Notes: a model not told the origin generated them from the sequence alone. A stretch of 64,000 nucleotides of DNA from Octopus vulgaris (GCA_951406725.2 OX597825.1:15500001-15564000); one strand, 5' to 3'; positions 28,541-41,455 are shown, counted from the stretch's first letter. Made by a program: numbers and translations.

Positions 28541-29728
28541 TATGTATTTAGATATGTCTAGCCGATGTAGATTAAAGTCAAATATTTCAAAAGAATTGCT
28601 ACAGGGAATTACCTAAGTCAACAATGTTTTACTGTTAGTATACTTTTTCTGTTTCAGTGACAAATTAATTGTTATTCACGAATGCCAAATGTTTTTACTA
28701 TTAAAAATGCCACGTTTTTTGTATTATCTGAATGCTGTACCATATTTTATGAAGAATTATTCACTTATTGGAAACTATGAAATATTTTCTGTTTAAAAAT
28801 CAATCGTCCTCTTCGATAGTGCTATTTTTAATGTTCTATGGTCAGAAGCATTCAAGCGATTATTGCTTCTCTTCCAAAACTTTTGGTTATTTTTTCTCTT
28901 TTTCAGAAACTAAAAGAGACTTCTATCCAACAGGGACATTTTCACTTTTTCCTCAAATCCAATTAAAATAAACATGATTTAATATTTATTTTTTTCATAA
29001 AATGCAAAGCAAGGAATCGCACATCATTAAATTATAGAACACTAAGCACCCCAACTACTAAATAAAAGAGAAAGCATTAAAATTTAAAAATCAATAATTA
29101 ACTAATGTTGCTGGAAATATGAAGGACCTAAATGGTCCATTGAAGTTGTATGAAAGCTCATAGGAAAGCCATCGGAATCGTCCAATAGAAACTGCATGAA
29201 TTTTATGTGAGGTGTTCATGAAAATGTTCTACATTATGATTTTTCAATTACAGGAAGGATTTTATGGATCAAGGCATCAATAAAAGCATTTTAAACAGGT
29301 TTTAGTGGAATCTGAATTGAATAATACACCCAAAGGAAGGCTTCAATGACTCATTGCAATGAAATCGTCAAATTCTATTTCCAATATGAATTAAAAATTG
29401 TTTAAGAGAGCTTTGATTAACGCATTCCTATGATGCTATTACCATTGTAACAGAAGACTAACCATAGCGGCAAACAGACGCAGGTAATGCTTACCTGATT
29501 ATATAGAATTCGCAATTACTATTATGGTTAATATCAACTTTATTATTAATGGCTTAGGAAATACATGAGTTCCCATCTTTAAAAGTATAATTAGATACCT
29601 CTTGAATAAAATTATTCACAGTTAACACGGGGTTTATGTTTCGAAACAAAAACATTCAGGCTTAACGAATATCATTAAGGTTAACAAGTTCTTTGCGAAT
29701 ATTTCTTGACAATATTTAACAGACCCTT

Positions 29729-29801
29729 AGGCGGTGAGCTGGCAGAAACGTTAGCACGCCGGGCGAAACGCTTCGCGATATTTCGTCTGCCGTTACGTTC
29801 T
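29729..29801 (+). mobile_element. SINE family 2 head, truncated where the family A element begins
   Basis: aggcggtgagctggcagaaacgttagcacgccgggcgaaa...gttacgttct, then abrupt end. Confidence 0.85.
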
Positions 29802-29809
29802 TCGATAAC

Positions 29810-30088
29810 GTACATAATATCGAAGTCTCTTCGATATTATGTAAATAGATGAATTTATCTGTAACTGTAATAAGTGGCACTTATTCGGTAGCCATGATAA
29901 AACTCCGAGTTTCGGATGTCTGGGTGGAAATCCACGCCGCCATCTCTTCAGTTATCCGGCCATCGCAAAAATTGCATTTTTTCAGATGGCCGGATAAGTG
30001 AAGAGATGGCAGCGTGGATTTCAATCTAGGCATCCGAAACTCGGGGTTTTATCATAGCTACCGAATAATTGTGACATATTACATTTAC

Positions 30089-30092
<4 letters not shown>
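29810..30092. mobile_element. Family A fold-back element with hammerhead motif in each arm
   Basis: Arms about 29856-29964 and 29985-30092 are reverse complements with several mismatches; ends in (TA)n. Confidence 0.85.
29891..29960 (-). ncRNA. Type I hammerhead ribozyme (family A), intact core
   Basis: Minus strand: gccggataa CTGAAGA gatg..gtggatttccac..catcc GAAA c tcgga GTT ttatcatggc; stem I gataa/ttatc plus gcc/ggc. The plus-strand twin (29989-30058) has GTGAAGA (C3G). Confidence 0.7.
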
Positions 30093-30134
<42 letters not shown>

Positions 30135-30141
<7 letters not shown>

Positions 30142-30393
30142 AATATGTTATTACTCGATAGTCAAGATAAAATCTGAGTTTCAGATGCCGAAGTGGGAAT
30201 CCACGACATCTCTTCGGTATCTGGCTATTTTCCAGATAACCGAAGACATGTCGTGGATTCCCACTTCGCATCTAAAACTCAGAGTTTTATCTTGACTATC
30301 GAGTAATGTAACATATTATTGTATAGATAAATTTCCTCTATTTACATAATATTGAGGTCTCTTTCTTTCTTTTGTTATTTTACCGTTTTACCA
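30135..30393. mobile_element. Second family A fold-back element with degenerate hammerheads
   Basis: Arms 30135-30224 and 30232-30325; both carry CCGAAGA cores; right arm has AAAActcagagTT-ttatc; tail matches 80-155. Confidence 0.8.
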
Positions 30394-30426
<33 letters not shown>

Positions 30427-30431
30427 TATGG

Positions 30432-30606
30432 TGGGGGAGAGTTCACAAAATAAAAACAAAAGACGAAGACAGGTGGTGTAGACAACAAACAGATGTATTA
30501 GTTTAACGCTCAGGAAGTGGAAAAGTCTTCTACATTTCGAGCCTACGCTCTTCCACAGAAAGAAACAAGGAGAGAAAATAAAGAATGTGTAGTGGCTAGC
30601 GATTTA
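30432..30606 (-). mobile_element. Family C repeat with variant hammerhead motif
   Basis: Minus strand tcttt CTGTGGA a GAGC-gtag-GCTC GAAATGTA gaaga; homologous to 28078-28280. Confidence 0.65.
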
Positions 30607-30916
30607 TTTATGTATATATATATGAATGTGTGTGTGTGTGAGTGGCATTTATATGTGTTTATATGAGCGCGCGTGCGACCCCCTGCGTCTGTGTGTATTT
30701 ATTTTCGTTTCGTGCAGTTGCGATAAAAAAAAACAGATTTTACATTACTCTGAAGGATTAGTCCATATTTTTGTGGAGTACAATCTTATTATTCTTTAAC
30801 AAGACAGTAGCTTCAACGTTTCAGCCAGTTAGGCATCAATGGACAGTCTGATGATGGCTACACTGACCGAAATGTCGAAGACACGGTCAGTATTTTTCTC
30901 CTTAAAGACCAACACA

Positions 30917-30952
<36 letters not shown>

Positions 30953-30989
30953 TTGTTTATAGTTATCAAATGTATGCACTGTACATAAG

Positions 30990-31180
30990 CTCATTCTCTC
31001 CTTCAAATCGACATTGCCTGAACTGACGCATGGCGTACCATGCGTCTGGAGTGGAAAGGATCGCAGGACATCGTGAGATGAAGTGTTTTGCTCAAAAATA
31101 CTACGCACCATCGGTCTACGAATTGAAACCACGATCTCCCGATCATCAGGACAACATCTTAACCAAAAGGCCATACGTTT
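30990..31180 (-). mobile_element. Diverged tRNA-headed SINE fragment (family 3-like)
   Basis: gtgttttgctcaaaaatactacgcacc..ggtct..gaattgaaaccacgatc..cttaacca..ggccat. Confidence 0.5.
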
Positions 31181-31769
31181 TCACTATATAACATCTCTGT
31201 GTGTGCGTATGTTTGTATCTCTTTACGTATATGTGCGTATGCATGTATCTCTTTACTTATATGTGTATCGATGATTGTGTCTTTGTATTTATGTACATTG
31301 CCTCTGGTTGGAAGATAACCAAGACACAATGAATTCCATTCATTGTTTCTTAACTATATTCTTATATTCTGCGACTGTGTACTCGCGTCAGTATAAGACT
31401 TTTGCGGTTGCTATGGTAAGGATTTGCATTTATACATCTGTAAAAAAATCTATTAAGACGCATCTGTGATATATTCGCTTTTCAATTAGTGCAAAATTAC
31501 GTTCTTAATCCGCTTCTGTGCATTCAAGTTTGTTTTCAGGTGTTTTTCGCTGTTGTGGAAGTGAGATTCTTTAGATTAGACCTGGCACAGTAACCTTCAA
31601 TAGTCAAGCATTCAAATACGAAGGTCTACTTCTTCCACATACTTTGTTCGCTCGGCGTGTACTAGAAAGTTAAAATACTAGAAGTGTCATTGAATTAAAC
31701 GTTTCATGGGCAATAGCATCTGTATTGATAGGGGCTCGAATACAGTACTTGATATTCAAACATCACGCA

Positions 31770-32300
31770 GAGCGAAATGATTAGCCGTATTTCGTCTGCC
31801 GTTACGTTCCGAGTTCAAAATACGCCGAGGTCGACTTTGACTTTCATTCTTTCGGGGTCGATAAATTAAGTACCAGAGATGTACTGGGGTCGATGTAATC
31901 GACTTAATCCGTTTGTCTGTCCTTGTTTGGCCTCTCTGTGTTTAGCCCCATGTGGGTAGTATTTCGTCTGCCGATACGTTCTGATTTCAAATACCTCCGA
32001 CGTCGACTTTGCCTTTCATCCTTTCGGGGTCGATTAAATAAGTACCAGTTATACACTGGTGTCGGTATAATCGACTTAATCCATTTGTCTGTCCTTGTTT
32101 GTCCCCTCTGTGTGTAGTCCCTTGTGGTTAGTAAAGAAATAGCTGTTTCGTCTGTCTTTGTGTTCTGAGTTCAAATTCCTCCGAGGTCGACTTTGCCTTT
32201 CATCCTTTCGAGGTTGATAAATAAAGTACCAGTTGCGTACTGGGTCGATCTAATCGACTGCCCCACTCCCCAAAAATTTCGGGTCTTGTGCCTAGAGTTC
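31770..32300 (+). mobile_element. SINE family 2 tandem trimer
   Basis: Three successive bodies, each starting near tatttcgtctg..gttc.gagttcaaa..gtcgactttg (about 31788, 31960, 32145). Confidence 0.88.
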
Positions 32301-33075
32301 AAACATATCAAACGAAAGTTGTTTCGAGATTTTGACCCCGATGAAGTCGAAAACACTGGACAAAATCTCCGAACTTATTGAAGCAACCAAAGGAGCACAA
32401 GTCCAGATGTTTGGCGAAGGAAGAAAACGTAAATGTCACATATACGTGAGCATCTGACATTTAAAACTTATTTGCGTTCAATGATACAAAATTGGTATAT
32501 CACTGACGCTTCCAGCATAGAGAAGCTTTCAGACCGGTTACAACATCTGAGTAAATGATTTTTCGCCAAAATTCAGGGAAGGTTTAAGCGTAAGCCAATC
32601 TGCTTAAGCTCTTACTGACTGGTTGGTTTGCCAATGGTATTGCTTACGAAGCACTGTAGAAGAGAAAGCGACATTGCTGCCTCTAGATACAAGCTCCTCT
32701 GCATCAACGTTCACCCTATCCCAACCTGCCAGCGTATTAGCTGGAACCTTTCCTCTCACCGCCCGCGTGTTTAAAGTTGACAGAACTGACATGAAGTAGA
32801 AATCGTTGATATAAAGTTTGGCAAATCAATTTTTATTTCTTCAGTGATTTAATTAATCTCATTAGTGGGATTTATTAAATTAATCAGAGTGAATGGAATT
32901 GTCATTAAATAGAAGAGATAAGTCATAATTCAGTCCTCAAATCGTTCACCTGAGACTGTTTGACAGCTGCTTCTCCAATAAATCCTTATCAATCAATGGA
33001 TATTACAACCAGGAGAATACCGCTGGCACGTTTATCCGGTTAAGCATTTAAATCTAATTATCAATGATCTAAAGT

Positions 33076-33552
33076 ATGCATCGTCGTCGTCACCAACCTC
33101 ATCAACATCATCACCACCAAAAACATCCCATCATCATCGTCACCATCATAATCATCGTAGTCGTCGTCGTCATCGTAATTCTCTTTACAGCCATTATTAT
33201 CCTGAATATGAATATCCACAACATCATCATCATCATCATTGCCGTAGTCGACTTTATCATCGCCCCATAATCATCATCATCATCATCATCATAAAAACTA
33301 TGTTTTCTTGCTTCTATGGCGTCCATCATCTTTGTTGATGCTGCTGCTGGAATAGCTTCAAACAATTTCTCTAACAAAATTCGTATCATCCGGCGTCAAC
33401 ATCATCACTAACATCACCACCACCACCATCATGATTATCACTACCACCACCACCATCATCATCGTCGTAATCATCAACATCACCATCATTTTCATTATCA
33501 ACATTTCCTTGTTATTGTAATCGTCGTTGTCATCAACATCACCATCATGATC
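33076..33552. repeat. Degenerate (CAT/CAC/CGT)n trinucleotide tract
   Basis: Direct inspection. Confidence 0.9.
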
Positions 33553-33984
33553 ATTAAAACAGTCACCTATACATTTCGCTATATACACCGTTTTCGCACT
33601 AGGACCATGAACGCCAGAAAGATACAGCCTGTTGTATAATAAACTGCGTGAGATCAAGGCAACCTAAGCTGGAAACATAGTACAAAGGAGAAAAATACAA
33701 TGAGATTAATAATATGAATTTAATTTAGAGCGCAGTACATACGTTAGGCAAGTTACTTCTCGGGTAACGATATATGGCGAGAATAGTCGGTGTTTGGTGT
33801 AAAGAAAAAACCTGTGTCCACAGTGGCACAACGAAAGCAATCAAGGAACAAATGTGGAAAGATCGAGCCGACGGATATTGTGTTTCACGGATGAGGTTAG
33901 GCTGGATTGAAAGGGTGTACTGCAGGATCTGTCTAAGCATTTTCAATATTGCTAGACAGGTGTTGAAGCGACGACGACTGCGTT

Positions 33985-34401
33985 GATAATGATGATGATG
34001 ACGACGACGATGACGACAAGGATGATAGAAGAGGAGGAAGATGACGATGATGATTATCATCATTATCATGTTCATAATCATCATCATCATCATAATCATC
34101 AGAACCATGAGGATGATGATGATTATGATGATCATGATCATGATGACGGCGACTACAACGACGACAACGATAATGACAAGAATGACGGCGGTGACCTTAA
34201 TGATGATGACAATGACGATGATGATTATGACTATCACGGTGATGAGAAGAGTGATAAATGATGAAGATGAAGATGACGTTGACGATGCTAACGACGACAA
34301 TAAGAATGAATGGCAATGGTGATGACGACGGCAACGATGGTGATGAGTTGGATAGCAATGATGAGGAGGAGAGGAAGGATGATGGCGATGATGATAATGA
34401 C

Positions 34402-34440
<39 letters not shown>

Positions 34441-34492
34441 GATGGCGATGATAGTGATGGTGATGGTGATGACGATGATGATGACGATGATG

Positions 34493-34542
<50 letters not shown>

Positions 34543-34570
34543 GATCATGATGATGATGATGATGATGGCG
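33985..34570. repeat. Degenerate (GAT/GAC)n plus (TAT)n trinucleotide tract
   Basis: Direct inspection. Confidence 0.9.
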
Positions 34571-35407
34571 GCGAGTGCATATAACCAAAATTCCTAGGTT
34601 TCTTGACAAAGCAGTAATGACAGAAATATTTTATATATATAACGTTTTTCTGTTTTGGTTTAATGCTAGTAACGTCGTTCACGCACCGATGCAGTCGCTC
34701 TTAACAATACTTCCATTCTTTTATACTTGATAACCGTAATGTTAAACAGACTGGCCTCTGAGAGAGAGAGAGAGAGACAGGAAAAGAATATTGATTTCAA
34801 CGAATATATCCACAATTTTAGATGGATCAATGACGAAATAATTCCAGTTGACAGAAAATAGACTACAGGAAGTTTTCTATTTTCTTAACATGTCAGCATT
34901 TGTAATTCCAAAACGACTTCAGCTGTGTGGACAGTGGAAACAGAAAATAAATAAAAAAAAAAATTAATGTCAAATCTAAACAACAACCGAGTATTTCTTT
35001 CATTTCGTATTTCTAAACTTTATTAGGGGATGATTAAATAAAGATAGAAGCCTTGACAGTAAGAATGTAACATCAACAAGCAATATGACATGTAGTAGAC
35101 GTATTTATTATGCGGGAGCAATGCAGAGAATGGTGGGTAAGTATATTCTTAAACGAAAACACAAATGACATTGTATATTGGAGACCTGAAAATATTACTC
35201 TTTTACAACTTTCTTTATTGTTATCTGCTCCCCCACCATACACTTCATTTGAAACAGGCTTAAACCTTCTATGCCAACTCTTCTGTGGATGCATTTGGTA
35301 CATTAATAGAAAAAAATAAAGGATATAAGTTAGACTATTGAATATGTAAACGAAAATCTTCAATGGTAATTTCACTGGAAAAATGTCTGCTATAAATACT
35401 GGCTTAA

Positions 35408-35908
35408 AAGGCGGCGAGCTGGCAGAATCGTTAGCACGCCGGGCGAAATGCGTAGCCGTATTTCGTCTGCCGTTACTTGTTCTGAGTTCAAATTCCGCCG
35501 AGGTTGACTTTGCCTTTCATCCTTCCGGGGTCGATAAATTAAGTACCAGTTATGCACTGGGCTCGATGTAATCAACTTAATCCGTGTTTAGCCCGTTGTG
35601 GGTAGTTAAGAAATACGTATTTCGTCTGCCTTTCGGGGTCGATAAATTAAGTACCAGTTACGCACTGGGGTCGATGTAATCAACTTAATCCGTGTTTAAC
35701 CCGTTGTAGGTAGTAAAGAAATACGTATTTCGTCTGCCGTTACGTGTTCTGGGTTCAAATTCTGCCGAGGTCGACTTTGCCTTTCATCCTTCTGGGGTCG
35801 ATAAATTAAGTACCAGTTACGCACTGGGGTCTATGTAATCGACTTAATCCCTTTGTCTGTCCTTGTTTATCCCCTCTGTGTTTAGCCCCTTGTGGGTAGT
35901 AAAGAAAT
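35408..35908 (+). mobile_element. SINE family 2 multimer inside one TSD
   Basis: One head, three body units (two shortened); flanks tataaatactggcttaa / tataaatactagcttaa. Confidence 0.9.
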
Positions 35909-37271
35909 ATATAAATACTAGCTTAATACATAATAGTTTTTTTTTTGTAATTTTGGCACAATGTTAGCAATTGTCAGAGAGTAAAAATCGATCACATCGA
36001 CAACCCAATGCACCACTGGTATTTATTTTATTTATGTTATTGACTCTGAAAGGATGCAATGTTGATCTCAGCAACATTTGAACTCAAAAGACAAAGAAAC
36101 GACGCAAAGCATTTTGTGCAAAATTTAGCGATTCTATCATCTCGCTTTCGCTTAATACATCAATGCGTATTTTTGGATTATTTAATGTTTTCCTATTCAT
36201 CCATCACACTCAAAATGTCATTAACTCCATCTTCCATACGAACATTTGTAGTCTTTTCTTGCTTAAATTTTCTTTAGAGATTGTTTGTCGTACAATATAT
36301 TTCTCAATCCCGATTACAATTCTTCAGGCACCATCTTCAGCAATTTATTTTATGTTCTGACATATAAATAGACTTCAAAGAAAAATTCTTCAAAATTTTC
36401 CACTGACAGTTCACATATGAAAGCAATATTTTAATGTAAATGTTTTCTTCAAACCATCTATTAATATTGTATCATTGATATATATTTTTATATTCACTGC
36501 TTCCGTCTATTTTTGTCAGTTGACTCGGATGGCAACACGCACTTACATTGACATTTTTGTATTTCATTAGAAACAAAAGTTTTACAAATTGGAAACCTTG
36601 GAAACCAAATATAGTTAGATGAATGGTGTATCTGTTCTACTTAAGAACTTATGTGACCTTCCACCGGATGGAAGTCATTTTAATGATTTAGATGCACGTC
36701 CATATTTGCAAGAATAAGATAGTTATATTTTTCGTTTCGTTATTGGGAATTTTTTTTTTCTATTTCGGTTAGATACCCTTAATAACATGTACTACCCAAA
36801 TGCGAAACACAAGAAGTACATATCGATTGTATGATAAAAACAAACTTACGAAAGTGTGAGAGAGTAGACAAATGGAAGAAAAGCGTTCTACCATGTATAG
36901 TGTACCTTCGACTAGATCCAATGGGCCATTATCTTAAAATTGTTGTAAGTAACTTCAGCGAAATGCTGCAGCTATTTTTAGTAGCTAGAGATATTTCGTA
37001 CATATAAGAGGTAACGAAATGTTGTAAGGTTCGTGTGTTTCAGTGACTGTGAAATTTTTAATCATACATACAGTTTCGTTTTATAAGTAAGTGTATGAAT
37101 GACTGTGTAGCTAAGACATTTGCTTCACTAGAACTTCTCTGTGGATTCGATCCTAATGTGCTGTACATCGGATATGTAGCATTTACCATAGCCGTTCCGT
37201 GAGTGTAAGTATGTAGGTGGGGGTTGTATTTTCTGATTCCATCTTTGTATATTGCAGAAAGGTATACATCT

Positions 37272-37690
37272 ATATTTCTTTACTGCCCACAGGGGGCTAA
37301 AGATAGAGGAGACAAACAAGGACAGACAAAGGGATTAAGTCGATTACATCAACCCCTAGTGCGAACTGGTACTTTATTTATCCACCCCGAAAGGATGAAA
37401 GGCAAAATCGACCTCGGCGGAATTTGAACTCAGAACGTAAACACAGACGAAATACCTATTTCTTTATTACCCACAAGGGGCTAAAGACAGAGGGGACAAA
37501 CAAGGACAGACATAGGTATTAAGTCGATTACATCGACCTCCAGTGCGTAACTGGTACTTAATTTATCGACCCTGAAAGGATGAAAGGCAAAGTCGACCTC
37601 GGCGGAATTTGAACTCAGAACGTAACGACAGACGAAATACCGCTAAGCATTTCGCCCGGCGTACTAACGTTTCTACCAGCTCAACGACTT
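37272..37690 (-). mobile_element. SINE family 2 dimer inside one TSD
   Basis: Two bodies and one head; flanks cagaaaggtataca on both sides. Confidence 0.9.
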
Positions 37691-38348
37691 TTTTCAGAAA
37701 GGTATACACATAAGTGAGACACAGAATAAACTGAAAACATCCTTCGTCAGAAGCATTACAGTGAAACTGTGAGCGGCACGTTGGTATTGTATAACCACAT
37801 TGTTATTCTTCAAAATCTACGATATAAATAACATAAAATATGAGATAATTATTGCTTTAATTTTAGATTTTCTAATGGTCTCAATAGTTATGTTTAACTT
37901 AAGGTCATATGGGCCAAGGAAATGACTGCCTGGCGTTACGTTCCCGTCATTTTGTCTCTTAGGAAGGAAAAGTTTATATGGATATACTTCCCTGGCGTAC
38001 ATTCATCATATATGATACACATTCCCAATTTTTTTTTCAGCCACCAAATGAAATTGCGACTTGCGGAATGAAAGGCTTGTATTAAACAGAACATGTGAAA
38101 GAGGGGATCACTAAAAGTCCGAAATGAAGCGTGAGCAATTTAGAAAACCTTATGCTTTGGACAGGAAAATGAAGATGGTTGGGTGTGAAGTGATTGAAAT
38201 TTGGTTGTTATTTCTCGAAGGTGGTTTGACCATATGGAGACACGGATTTGCTAATGTAGAAACAAGCACGGGGGAGTACGTGTTTTATTTTATGACAGTA
38301 TCCTTGAATGGTTTTCTATTTGCGATCGTGATGTTCACCATGGTGGAT

Positions 38349-38646
38349 CCTCTCTTCTCGAGCCACGCCTGGCTCATTATGGCCGGTTTCCTGGTTTCCT
38401 TGGCGTATAGGTTCCCCACCTGGGTGGGACGCTGGTCCGTCGCAGGTGAGCTACAAGATGCAGGAGGAAAGAGTGAGAGAAAGTTGTGGCGAAAGAGTCA
38501 ACAGAAGTTCACCATTATCTTCTGCTGGTGCCGCGTGGAGCTTAAGTGTTTCGCTCATAAACACACACATCGCCCGGTCTAAGATTCGAACACGCGATCC
38601 CACGACCGCGAGTCTGCTGCTCTAACCACTAGGCCATGTGCCTCCA
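38349..38646 (-). mobile_element. tRNA-derived SINE family 3, full length with 13-bp TSD
   Basis: Minus head ggaggcacatggcctagtggttagagcagcagactcgcggtc..gttcgaatc (A/B boxes); TSD caccatggtggat at 38336-38348 and 38647-38659. Confidence 0.9.
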
Positions 38647-39571
38647 CACCATGGTGGATAGTACCACAGTAACCAGCGGTGGCACTATAATAACACCGAC
38701 AAGCGTTCCCTTGATTCGTAGCCTAAAATTAAATTCCATTTAAACATTGGAGTACCCAGTGACTTTGCAATGATTGAAGAGGAATAATTAACTAATCACT
38801 GCTAATTAACGATAATCTACAGCAAATCTATTGAACGGATTCTGCATCTGCACACCGAGAGAGCTTAAGCTTAAAATCTTTACAGGAAGTAGGTATATAT
38901 AGTAGAATTTTATGTGCATAGAGGATAAATTCTTTATTTTTAGGACGCTAACGGATGAGGAGATGGAGATTGTGAAGTATCCTGATTCGTTTCTTATGCA
39001 TGGAGAAATTGTCGCATGTATACATATCAAAATAATGTACATACGCACATAACGTACTAATGCAAAGATAGTACTATAAATACGTCGTATAAATATGGAC
39101 GGAAATATGTATCAATACGCACAACTGTCAGTGTTATGTCAAGTCTAATGATTTTCATGGATTTCAGAAGTTGAAGCCAGCAACTCTGATGTATCATGGT
39201 CATTTTCCTGACAATTTAATCCTGCCAAACAATGACAGAGTTTCACATTGATCTGTCAGCGGTTGATATTTACAGCTACAACGCCAGTCGCAATTCTCGA
39301 GAGAGATTAAGCAGTACTATTTTTGCGAAGAATATATGTAACTTCTTTTTTTTTTTCACCACAAACGTCAGCATTCAATTTAAATGATAAAACCGATATA
39401 CTTATAGAGCAGAATGGATGGCACCATTGATTTTTTTTTCTCCCTTTCTGTCATTGAAAATTCGATTTCTGTATACTACTCAATCTAGTCACCCACTCTC
39501 CGCCTTTTCCCCTCCCATTGCACACATGATATATACATATATGTGTGCGTGTGTGTGTGTGTGTGTGTGTA

Positions 39572-39745
39572 TACTTTATTCTTTTACCTGTTTCAGTCAT
39601 TTGACTGCGGCCATGCAGGAGCATCGCCTTTAGTCGAAGGACTTATTCTCTGTAAGCCTAGTATTTATTTTATCAGCTTCTTTGGCCGAACCACTAGGTT
39701 ACGGGGTCGTAAACACACTACCATCGATTGTGTCACAGACACATA
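39572..39745 (-). mobile_element. SINE family 1 3' fragment
   Basis: tgtttcagtcatttgactgcggccatgc..ggacttattct.tgtaagcctagt. Confidence 0.8.
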
Positions 39746-39771
39746 AACATTTACACTCGCACACACACACT

Positions 39772-39849
<78 letters not shown>

Positions 39850-39940
39850 TAATAAGGGTAGAATTTGATATTAATCAATTAAAACCAACGGCATTGCATA
39901 TTTTTAAAAATCCGAAGATTAAACATTTTTACATTTTGGT

Positions 39941-39971
<31 letters not shown>

Positions 39972-40020
39972 TACATATGCATATATATAAACATACATAT
40001 GCATATATAAATACTTGCAT

Positions 40021-40158
40021 ACTTTGCCTTTCATCCTTTCGGGGTCGATTAAATAAGTACCAGTTGCGCACTGGTGTCGATGTAATCGACTTAATCCGTT
40101 TGTCTGTCCTTGTTTGTCCCCTCTGTGTTTAGCCCCTTGTGGGTAGTACAGAAATAGA
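40021..40158 (+). mobile_element. SINE family 2 3' fragment
   Basis: actttgcctttcatcctttcggggtcga...gggtagtacagaaatag. Confidence 0.85.
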
Positions 40159-40839
40159 TAGTGGACAGGGAATGAAAACAGAACGCTGGACTATGCAACG
40201 AACAGAAATTCAACTAAACCAACAGAAAATATTTGTCGAAAACGATACGACTTTTAATATTGAAGCATTTCACAAATAATCATAAATATTGTTTATAGAA
40301 ATAGAAACAAAATGGACAGTGTTGCAAACTTTAACATTTTCAGTAAATAAATCCTTCGATGAGAATTAAGGTTAAAAATAAAAATTTGACATTTTGGAAA
40401 ATATTACAAATTTACCAATTTTAGACATGTGAAAGGAACCATATTTACTATATTTTACTGGAGTTGCTACGCAACAAATAATTCGATGTGCAAGACGATG
40501 ATTTGTAATGTAACAACTAGAATCTGATTTATGTAAGTGGGAAGTAAAAATAATGTTATACAAGCGGACAATAAAATGTTGAAACAATGAGATAAAAGCG
40601 ATGAGAAAGATCTGGGAATTGCAGTGACAGAAAATATCGAGAAATATTTCGCTTCTTTGAAATTTTTTTCTCTGATGAAACATATGTGAGTTCCTCGATG
40701 TGGCATATAAATAGATATAGATAGCTAGATACATAGATACTTACATATATAGGCGCATATGTGTGTGTGTGTCTCTATGTGTGTAAAAATATATATACAT
40801 ATTTATATGAATATTTTGCACACAGACATAAGCGTATAT

Positions 40840-41262
40840 ACTCTTTTAATCTTTTACTTGTTTCAGCCATTTGACTGTGGCCATGTTGGAGCACCGCCTT
40901 TAGTTGAGCAAATCGACCCCGTGACATTCTTTGCAAGCCTAGTACTTATTCTATCGGTGTCTTTTGATGAACCGCTAAGTTACGGGGACGTAAACGACGG
41001 GGACGTAAACACACCAGCATCGGTTGTCAAGCGATATTAGGGGGACATACACAGACACACAAATATATACACACACGTATATATATATACATATATGTGT
41101 ATGACGGGCTTCTTTCAGTTTCCGTCAACTAAATCCACTCACAAAGCTTTAGTCAGCCTGATGCTATAGTAGAAGACTCTTACTCAAGGTACCACGAAGT
41201 GGGACTGACACTGGAACCATGTGGTTGGTAAGCAAGCTACTTACCACACAGCCACTCCTACG

Positions 41263-41265
<3 letters not shown>
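40840..41265 (-). mobile_element. SINE family 1, full length
   Basis: Matches 8258-8645; small internal duplication of acggggacgtaaac. Confidence 0.9.
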
Positions 41266-41310
<45 letters not shown>

Positions 41311-41397
41311 AATTCATTTCTATCTAATTAAAATAAGTATATATATATATATATATATATCAGTATATATATAAAGGATAATTATATATAATTATAT

Positions 41398-41455
<58 letters not shown>

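Noticed and set aside
31643-31660. Partial resemblance to miR-375 (tttgttcg.tcggc); similarly gactagatcca at 36910 to miR-279
   Set aside because: 3' halves diverge and no complementary precursor arm is visible.
31770-32300. Regularly repeated units suggestive of a CRISPR-like array
   Set aside because: Units are whole SINE bodies without unique spacers; eukaryotic context and no cas genes.
33725-34609. Longest ORF (294 aa, His/Asn/Ile-rich)
   Set aside because: Open only because the (ATC)n/(AAT)n tract lacks stops in that frame; several other frames are open too; no domain.
38560-38646. tRNA-like sequences at SINE heads (also 48940-49010, 56770-56851)
   Set aside because: They have A/B boxes but continue into a SINE body (with a TSD at 38.3-38.6 kb) and lack a proper acceptor stem; not tRNA genes.
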